NCBI GenBank assembly: GCA_963822135.1
Contig: CAWGGI010000004.1
Coordinates: forward strand, 32,812-96,811
Direction of reading: 5' to 3'
Source of the DNA: an uncultured Actinomycetota bacterium
GTDB taxonomy: Bacteria > Actinomycetota > Thermoleophilia > RBG-16-64-13
Length of the DNA: 64,000 nucleotides
Shown here: piece after piece, positions 56,683 through 64,000 of the stretch
How the letters are laid out: the number at the start of each line of letters is the position of its first letter
Numbering within the stretch: the stretch's first letter is position 1
Program-made: the position numbers and the translations under genes
Notes under the pieces: generated by a model
Databases searched by the model: none
The model's input: the letters and a program-made list of their open reading frames with translations, nothing else
Told to the model about the DNA's origin: nothing

Positions 56683-58293
56683 TCAGGCGCCCAGCAGCTC
56701 GCGCCCGTGACGGCGAAGGGCGTCCATCAGGCCGTCGAGGTCCGCAGGAGTGGTGAGCGGGTTGATGATGGTGACGCGAAGGGCACCCACGCCGTCGCGT
56801 TTGAACGGCACGATGTAGTACTCGCCGGATTCGATGAGGCGGCGACGAAGCTCCAACTGAAAGTCGCCCAGACGCTCGACGGGCGCGTCGCGCAGACCTG
56901 TGGGGACGTGCCGGAACACCACGATATTGCATTCCGGATCGTTCAGAGGAACGAAGTCGTCCGCCGCCACGAGCTTCTCGTGGAAGGTGCGGCCCAGGGC
57001 GAAGGTCACGTCCACCATGTCGGCGAAGAGTTGACGCCCAAACAGCGACCACACGCCCCAGAGTCCGAAGGCCGCGGCCCTCTTGGTGCACTCCACCGTC
57101 TTCATGCCGCTGTCGTATTCGGCCAGGCCGGGGGCCGCCGGGTCGAACAGGTAGGGGGCGTCCTGCCTGAACGCCTCGAACCGATGCGCTGCGTCCCGGT
57201 ACAGCACGAAGGCGCAGAGGCCGGGCACGAACAGCATCTTGTGGGCATCCCACACCACGCTGTCCGCACGCTCCAGACCTGCCGTCAGGTGCCGATGACG
57301 GTCGCTGAGGACGGCGGCTCCCCCATGCGCCGCGTCGACGTGCAGCCAGACACCGTGGCTCCCGCAGACGTCGGCTATGTCGCCCAGAGGGTCGAACGCC
57401 CCCGTCGGCGTTGCGCAGGCGCAAGCCACCACAGCGACTGCGCGCCGCCCCTGCTCGCGCACGCGGTCCAGCTCTGCGTCGAGCGACCCCGGATCCATGC
57501 GGCCCCGCGCATCCAATCCCACCCGCACCACCTGACGGCTGCCGAGTCCCAAGATCCCCGCGGCACGCGCCACACTATAGTGAGCCTCGGCATGAGCCAA
57601 GAGGACGGGTTCGCCCTCGTCGCGCGTGAGGCCGTGCTCCCAGGCGTCGCCCAGAGCGACGTTCCGGGCAGTGAGGAGCGCGGTGAGGTTGGCGAGCGAG
57701 CCACCGTGGGTGACGGTGCCCGCGAAGCTGTCCGGCTCCCACCCTATCGCCATACCGAGTTCCCGCACCATCGCCTGCTCCACCGCGGTGGCCCAGGGCC
57801 CCATCTCGTAGATGGCCATCACCTGGTTGGTGACCGACCCCACCGCGTCGAACAGTCCGCCGAGCGGCACCGGAGCGGGTACCTGGTGTCCGATGTAGCG
57901 AGGATCGTGCAGGTTGAGACCCCGCTCGAGCATCACCTGGACCAGGTGGGCAAAATGGTCGGTGAGCTGGGGGACTTGCTCTCGAGTCAGCCGCTCCGGG
58001 GACTCGGGCGCGGCCGCCGGCGTGGCGGCACGGGGCCGGCCCGCCGGCTTGCCGCCAGGCGACCCGTGCCCCTGACGGCCGGCAGGTGTGGGACCTCGCA
58101 AGAACAGACTCGCCTCGCGGATACCATCCTCCGGCTCCGCCCAAGGCAGAACGGCACCCTCCGAACGCTCGGCGCGCGCCAGCTGGTCGGCGAGGAGATC
58201 GGCCAGACGATGACCGGCCTCCCGAAGAAGCTCCGGATCGTAAGCAGCAGCGATCCTCTGCCGGGCTGGGGCGAGTTCGTCAATCGCGGTCAA
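56683..58293 (-). CDS. Pyridoxal-phosphate-dependent decarboxylase, group II family
   Basis: HDPRYIGHQVP, THGGSLANL, HVDAAHGG and SVVWDAHKML (PLP lysine). TTG start at 58293 after GGGGAGG; the ORF extends to 58398. Confidence 0.8.
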   Translation of the reverse strand: MTAIDELAPARQRIAAAYDPELLREAGHRLADLLADQLARAERSEGAVLPWAEPEDGIREASLFLRGPTPAGRQGHGSPGGKPAGRPRAATPAAAPESPERLTREQVPQLTDHFAHLVQVMLERGLNLHDPRYIGHQVPAPVPLGGLFDAVGSVTNQVMAIYEMGPWATAVEQAMVRELGMAIGWEPDSFAGTVTHGGSLANLTALLTARNVALGDAWEHGLTRDEGEPVLLAHAEAHYSVARAAGILGLGSRQVVRVGLDARGRMDPGSLDAELDRVREQGRRAVAVVACACATPTGAFDPLGDIADVCGSHGVWLHVDAAHGGAAVLSDRHRHLTAGLERADSVVWDAHKMLFVPGLCAFVLYRDAAHRFEAFRQDAPYLFDPAAPGLAEYDSGMKTVECTKRAAAFGLWGVWSLFGRQLFADMVDVTFALGRTFHEKLVAADDFVPLNDPECNIVVFRHVPTGLRDAPVERLGDFQLELRRRLIESGEYYIVPFKRDGVGALRVTIINPLTTPADLDGLMDALRRHGRELLGA

Positions 58294-58322
58294 GGTGCTT
58301 GGGCCTCCCCGACCGTCGGGGC

Positions 58323-58715
58323 TCAGTCTTTGCTTGCCGGCGCCTTGATGAAGCCGATCAGTGCCATCACGTAGATCACCAGGAGGAGGATCGACCATAT
58401 CGGGAAGTAGGGGATCATGAAGAACTCAGAGAGCACGGCGAGAGACAGCGCGATGATGGCGACTATCTCCCCCCACCGTTTCCCGTTGAGCGCCGCGGCC
58501 CCCGCGAAGACGAGGAGCACGCCCACCGCCAGCGACCAGACGGCAAGACCGGTGATATCCACCAGAAGGAAGCCCTGGTAGCCCTGTATGATCCACTCGT
58601 CTCGGAAGAGGCCGATCACTCCCGAGAGCAGTTTGAACCCGCCCGAGATCATCATGAGGAACGCCCCGATGGCGGCCCAGGTCCCCCACCGAGTCTGGCC
58701 CGTGTTCTCCGTCAT
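58323..58715 (-). CDS. Four-TM membrane protein (hypothetical)
   Basis: 130-aa ORF with four hydrophobic helices. RBS GAGGGAGG. Confidence 0.6.
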   Translation of the reverse strand: MTENTGQTRWGTWAAIGAFLMMISGGFKLLSGVIGLFRDEWIIQGYQGFLLVDITGLAVWSLAVGVLLVFAGAAALNGKRWGEIVAIIALSLAVLSEFFMIPYFPIWSILLLVIYVMALIGFIKAPASKD

Positions 58716-58863
58716 CTGCCGACCTCCCTCAGTATGTAAGCGATAGAAACGTCAAGGGCTCGAGGCCGTGTGGGCCGAGTCTCGTCGCAAGCGGGATAGT
58801 TCGAGCAAGAGGAGAGAGAACCTTCTTTCCCGCTCCCAGTCCCCCTACTATGGGCAATACTCA

Positions 58864-58895
58864 TTGCATTGACCGTTTTCTGCAACACAATGCAA
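58864..58895. promoter_or_regulatory. Inverted repeat TTGCATTG-N16-CAATGCAA (with internal GCAACA direct repeat); candidate operator
   Basis: 8-bp arms at 58864-58871 and 58888-58895 in an AT-richer intergenic patch upstream (minus strand) of the membrane protein/decarboxylase genes. Confidence 0.3.
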
Positions 58896-58930
58896 CAGAG
58901 ACGCACGAGCCCACCGAGCCGCGGACTGCG

Positions 58931-59461
58931 TCAGCCGTGAGGCTCGGTCTGCAGTGCGTAGAGGTCGACCATCCGGCCCAGTTCTCGCCAGCGCGAGCCG
59001 AACCGGACCTTCTGCTCGTAGATCATGCCCAGTTTCGCGGCTACCCGCTTCGAGGCCTCGTTGTCGGGATCGATGAGAGCGATCAGGCGGGGGAAGCCCA
59101 ATACCTGGATGGCATGGTCGCGAATGGCCGCGGCCGCCTCGGTTGCATAGCCCTTTTGCCAGTGCTCCGCGGCCAGCACGTAGCCCAGTTCGACCTCGCG
59201 CCCGTGCTCGAGGTCCCGGACCGTGAGTCCGGCCCGGCCGACGAACTCACCCGTGGTCTTCAATCGGATCGACCAGGTCCCGAATCCATGCTCCTGCCGG
59301 TGAGCGAGGGTCTTTCCGAGCCAAGCTTCGGTCTCGCTTCGCTCGGCCGGAGCACCGTTGCCGACGAACTCGATCACCCGCTGGTCCGCATATAGACGGA
59401 CGAGGTCGTCCAGATCCTCCTGCTGGAGTTCGCGAAGAAGAAGGCGCAGCGTCTCGATCAT
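58931..59461 (-). CDS. GNAT family N-acetyltransferase (RimJ/RimL-like)
   Basis: LRLLLRELQQEDLDDL..., acetyl-CoA motif region WQKGYATEAAAAIRDHA, IDPDNEASKRVAAKLGM. Confidence 0.8.
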   Translation of the reverse strand: MIETLRLLLRELQQEDLDDLVRLYADQRVIEFVGNGAPAERSETEAWLGKTLAHRQEHGFGTWSIRLKTTGEFVGRAGLTVRDLEHGREVELGYVLAAEHWQKGYATEAAAAIRDHAIQVLGFPRLIALIDPDNEASKRVAAKLGMIYEQKVRFGSRWRELGRMVDLYALQTEPHG

Positions 59462-59568
59462 GGAACGAATGGTAGCAGCCGGGCTGGACGGTCCCTGCGC
59501 ATCGCGGGTCGGCGGGCTGACGATTTCCCGAGGTTATGCTAGCCTCTGCGGGCTAGCCCGTGAGGACC

Positions 59569-60792
59569 ATGTCGCCGGGCGGAACACGTCGACATGCGGT
59601 GAGGGAGGCTCTGATCAACAGCGGCACGGTGCAGAGTATCGGTCCGCGCCTGGTGTGCGCTTTTCTCCTCGCCGTGGTCTGCGTGCTGACAGGCACCCAG
59701 CCGGCCCAGGCCGCGCCCCAGGACATCACCCGAGCCCAGACCCAGGCCGCCGCTCTCGAGGCCCAGCTCAAAGAGTTGACCGCCCAGGCCCAACTGCTCA
59801 GAGAGCAGTACGAAGCCGCCGCCACCCAGTTGGCCCAGACCCAGACCGAGGCAGCCGAGAACGCCTCTCTGCTCGCGCAGGCCCAGGAAGACCAGGCGAA
59901 TGCGGAGAACGCGCTGAACGACCGGCTGGCTGAGATATACAAGCAGGGGCGAAGCGGCACCCTCGACCTCCTGCTCAGCTCGAGCTCTTGGTCCGACCTT
60001 CTGGAGCGCATGACGCTCCTCGAGCGGATAAGCAAACAGGACACGGACCTCGTTCGACAGGTGACCGCCTTTCGAGCTCAGGTGGCCGATCGCGAAACGA
60101 AACTCGCGGCTCAGCTCGAAAAACAGGATGCTGCCGCCAAACAGGTCGAGACCGCCAGCCAGGCGGTGACCCAGAAGCTGGAGCGGACCAAACAGCTTCT
60201 GAAAGGCAAGGAAGCGGAGATCGCTCGGCTGCAGAGGGCGTGGCAGGCCCAGCTGGCGAAACAGGCGCAACTCGAGAAGGAGCGCCAGGCCCGACTGCAG
60301 GCGGCTCTGGCCGCGGCGCAGGTGGCTGCTCAGAAGAAGAAGCCCGCGCCGACCAGCCCTCCGACCACCACCAGACCGGACAGCGGCCAAGTCCATAACC
60401 GCGGTTCCAACATCCTGAAGCCGGAACAGATAGCTCTGGTAGCGCAGAAGGCGGGGTTCTCCGGAGAGAGCCTGGTGATCTCAGTAGCAGTGGCGATGGC
60501 GGAGTCTCGCAGCGACGCCAACGCCATAGGCAGACATACCTACGGTCTGTGGCAGATCTTGTCCTACGCTCACCCCGACATGATCAATCCCCGCAATCCC
60601 GACGCGAGCAGGTGGTACGACCCCTACGTGAACGCGAGGTTCGCGTGGAAGATATCGGGCCACGGCACGTGGTGGCGACCCTGGGGAGTGTATACGACCG
60701 GGAGCTATCTGAGGAACATGGCCCGGGCGCGCGCGGGCGTGGAACTCCTGCTCACCAATCCGTCAGCGGTAGTACCGCCCACCGCCAAGTAG
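59569..60792 (+). CDS. Secreted coiled-coil protein with C-terminal lysozyme-like/transglycosylase (SLT-like) domain
   Basis: Signal peptide ...VVCVLTGTQPAQA/AP and about 230 aa of Q/A/E/L coiled coil like the NlpC/P60 protein at 2977. Pro/Thr linker. C-terminal AVAMAESRSDANAIG...YGLWQI (catalytic Glu context). The ORF begins with GTG at 59560. Confidence 0.7.
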   Translation: MSPGGTRRHAVREALINSGTVQSIGPRLVCAFLLAVVCVLTGTQPAQAAPQDITRAQTQAAALEAQLKELTAQAQLLREQYEAAATQLAQTQTEAAENASLLAQAQEDQANAENALNDRLAEIYKQGRSGTLDLLLSSSSWSDLLERMTLLERISKQDTDLVRQVTAFRAQVADRETKLAAQLEKQDAAAKQVETASQAVTQKLERTKQLLKGKEAEIARLQRAWQAQLAKQAQLEKERQARLQAALAAAQVAAQKKKPAPTSPPTTTRPDSGQVHNRGSNILKPEQIALVAQKAGFSGESLVISVAVAMAESRSDANAIGRHTYGLWQILSYAHPDMINPRNPDASRWYDPYVNARFAWKISGHGTWWRPWGVYTTGSYLRNMARARAGVELLLTNPSAVVPPTAK

Positions 60793-60797
60793 CGACC

Positions 60798-61037
60798 CTA
60801 CTTCACCGCGCTCTCGCCACCTATCTTCTGGGCCGGCCGGCCAAGAAGGACGAGCACCACGATGGCGATGATGGTAGCGATGATGGCGTAGGTGAAGAGC
60901 CCGGCCAGGCTGTCGTCGACGCCCGTGATCTTGATGATGGCCGCCTTGATGGCCTCGTTCCAGGCCAGGGCACACACGAAGCCCAGTGCCGCCGACGCCA
61001 AGGTGATCATGGTCTGCAGAAACACACGTCCGCGCAT
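60798..61037 (-). CDS. Small two-TM membrane protein (79 aa)
   Basis: ATG at 61037 after AAGAGGAG. LASAALGFVCALAWNEAIKAAI and AIIATIIAIVVLVLL. The long upstream extension of ORF 60798..61517 is Arg/Pro-rich and not protein-like. Confidence 0.6.
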   Translation of the reverse strand: MRGRVFLQTMITLASAALGFVCALAWNEAIKAAIIKITGVDDSLAGLFTYAIIATIIAIVVLVLLGRPAQKIGGESAVK

Positions 61038-61430
61038 AGCTCCTCTTTGTGGCAAGTGTGACCACCGAATTCGCGCACGACCAGCGGTGTCCTGTCGAGG
61101 CCCCGGGCCGGCCGGTGAGCCGGGCCGAACCCCGTGCCCGGGGCCGCCTGCCCTGGTGACAAGCCCGATATAGACGTCAGCCGGCTTGTGAGGGGCACAC
61201 TTGATCGGCCGCATCGATCCGGCGGAACCTGAATGGCCCCAACGGTACCCGCGCAGACAACGAAGTAGCGTGGACCGCCTCAGGTAGATGAGCGGGGGGT
61301 ACTGGACGGTCTTCGACCAACCTGAGGGGCGCGGGTTACCTGATTGGAGTAGCTCGCATTCTGGCGGCCTTCCTCGACGAAGCGTTATACTGTTAGACGG
61401 ATTACGGTGAGGTAAGAGCGAGAGAGTCTC

Positions 61431-62452
61431 ATGGAAGTACGCGAGATACCAGTCGGCGACGCCCTGATCGGCTTGACGCTCGCGTACGATCTGACCGGAA
61501 TAACGCCCGGCAAACAAAAAGGCGCGGTCCTACGACGCGGCCACGTGATAAGCGAGAGTGATCTCGCTCTCCTTCGCGACATTGGGAAGTCGCACCTAAA
61601 GATCCTCCAACTGGCCCCCGATGAGGTACATGAGGATGACGCCGCACAGGCGCTCGCCCGCATGCTCGCGGGAGACGGCATCGAAGTTGAGCTTCCGGGA
61701 GAGGCCTGGGCCGATCTTGTCGCCTCCCGGACGGGTCTTCTCAAGGTCGACGCCAAACGTCTACTCCGGCTGAACCTCCTAGGAGATCTGATCGTAGCCA
61801 CCCGGCACAACAACTTCCCGGTCAGAGCCGGGGAAACAGTGGCCAGGGCCAAGGTCGAGGACTGGTCGTCAAGCGGTCGGTGCTGGAGGAGGCGGAGGTG
61901 CTTGGGGCAGGTCCCTCAGCGGTACTCGCGGTTCTGCCCTACAGGAGTATTCGAGGCGCCGCGGTCATCACCGGCCGAGAAATCTACGAGGGGCGCAGGA
62001 AGGACGCCTTCGAGCCTCTGCTTAGACAACGGCTCGAAGAGTACGGCAGTGCCCTCGCCCAGGTGGAGATCGTTCCTGATGAGGTGTCCGAGATTGGACG
62101 TGCCATCGCTTCCGCGCTGGACTCGGGTGCCCAGCTTGTCTTTGTGACGGGCGGAGGCTCGCCCGATGACGCGACAGGCGAGGCTGTCGCCCAGGGCGCC
62201 GACGAGTTGGTCTTCCACGGGGTCCCGGTCGCTCCTGGGGCGATGAGCTTCCTTGCCTATTCTCAGGGCGTGCCGATCCTGGGTGTGCCTGGGGGGCTGC
62301 TTGCCCGGCCACGCGGTTTTGTCGATCTTCTTCTCCCTCGACTCCTGACCGGTGACCGGCCGACGAAGGAGGATGTGGCCGAGTATGGCTACGGGGGTCT
62401 TTGTCTGCGCTGTCCCACCTGCGCGTTCCCGGCTTGCTCCTTCGGCAAGTAG
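61431..62452 (+). CDS. Molybdopterin-binding (MoCF_biosynth/MoeA-CinA-like) domain protein; one frame change near 61860
   Basis: C-terminal half VITGREIYEGRRKDAF...LVFVTGGGSPDD...GVPVAPGAMSF..GVPILGVPGG is the MoCF-type fold. Cys-rich end CLRCPTCAFPAC. Joined from ORFs 61431.. and 61880... Confidence 0.6.
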
Positions 62453-62564
62453 CTCGCATCGCAGTTCAATGATTTGACTTCCAAAACGAAGGGGCCGGAC
62501 GTCTGGCACCAGAATCCAGGCCCCCGAATCCTACCGGCCGCCGGCGCTTTGCAGCGTATTCCAG

Positions 62565-62635
62565 TGGGCGATACTGGATTTGAACCAGTGACTTCTGCCG
62601 TGTGAAGACAGCGCTCTCCACTGAGCTAATCGCCC
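62565..62635 (-). tRNA. tRNA-Val (anticodon CAC)
   Basis: GGGCGAT/ATCGCCC acceptor stem, GCTC/GAGC D stem, CTGTC-TTCACAC-GGCAG anticodon arm, ACTGG-TTCAAAT-CCAGT T arm, discriminator A. No encoded CCA. Confidence 0.9.
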
Positions 62636-62704
62636 TTGTAAGGGGTGATGATGATAGCAGCAGGTTCGCCGGGCCGCCAAGACCGCGACCGCGCGCGGGG
62701 CCTC

Positions 62705-63094
62705 CTATCTGCGGCTCGATACGGAGGGGACCTCCCAGTAGTGGGCGTGGACGATCCTCCAGACCCGCTCTTCCTGATGCAGCACGAACGTATGCCGTAT
62801 GACGGCCCGTCTCCCGTCCTTCCAGGCCGCCGACACCGCGTCTGCGGCCCAGCCCCACGGACCCCTCGCAGTACGCCTCCAGCGCGAGGACCCTTATCTC
62901 CGGCGGACCCGACACGGTCAGCGCTCGGTACGCTTCGATCAGGCTCTCGCGATCGCCGAGCCACTCACCGTGCTCACCTATGGCGACGAAACCCTCGTCT
63001 TCGGACAGCAGCGCATCGGCCGCGGGGACGGCCTCGCCGGCCTGGATAGCGTTGAACCAGCCGAGGACAAGGTCTCGGATCTCCGGGCAGTCGA

Positions 63095-63098
<4 letters not shown>
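62705..63098 (-). CDS. SnoaL/NTF2-like small protein; one frame change near 62860
   Basis: GTG at 63098 after GGGAGGAGGGG, overlapping the ATPase stop (GTGA). [15 protein letters not shown]... then ...[30 protein letters not shown] in a second frame, with TAG at 62705-62707. Confidence 0.5.

Positions 63099-64000
<902 letters not shown>

Noticed and set aside
61038-61430. Moco riboswitch upstream of the molybdopterin-binding-type gene
   Set aside because: The conserved Moco-motif elements I can recall (for example the CCUCCGAG-type core) are absent. Only generic GC helices are present.

Overview
High-GC window (about two-thirds G+C by eye, not computed) from an anaerobic bacterium. It is almost entirely an energy-metabolism island. 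There are no rRNA genes, CRISPR arrays, transposases or integrases, and one tRNA (Val-CAC). Layout, left to right: (1) housekeeping and envelope genes: tandem secreted paralogs, DUF362, NlpC/P60, NifU-like, thiolase, Tag, and a NitT/TauT-type ABC transporter with an ACT-like protein. (2) A regulatory block (Rex-DRTGG fusion, kinase-like/FeS/[FeFe]-hydrogenase-like sensor, DRTGG, PHP, HATPase) leading into [FeFe]-hydrogenase operon 1 (nuoE-like, 2Fe-2S, nuoF-gltD fusion, hydA). (3) A two-component set with a hydrogenase-like histidine kinase. (4) A convergent second [FeFe]-hydrogenase operon (REC, nuoE, nuoF, hydA). (5) hypABFCDE plus a maturation protease. (6) A cNMP-binding protein, then a group-3c-like [NiFe] hydrogenase (mvhDGA) joined to two hdrA-like genes and a QmoC-like membrane FeS protein. 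(7) A bacterial CODH/ACS cluster: HMA-like gene, acsA, acsB, acsD, acsC, RACo-like, cooC, acsE, and a second cooC with a Cys-rich N-terminal extension. (8) PLP decarboxylase, GNAT, a second coiled-coil wall hydrolase, a molybdopterin-binding-type protein, tRNA-Val and a truncated P1B-ATPase. Main caveat: many genes carry single-base indels, up to about one per 100 nt, clustered in certain genes while neighbours are clean. The peptide between shifts stays perfectly conserved. I therefore give whole-gene spans rebuilt across frames. Genes with 1-2 shifts are labelled CDS and heavily disrupted ones pseudogene. The most interesting content is the layered NADH/H2-sensing regulatory architecture around the hydrogenases, an atypical TSCSP active-site motif in both HydA copies, and the membrane-anchored Hdr/Qmo-Mvh cluster.
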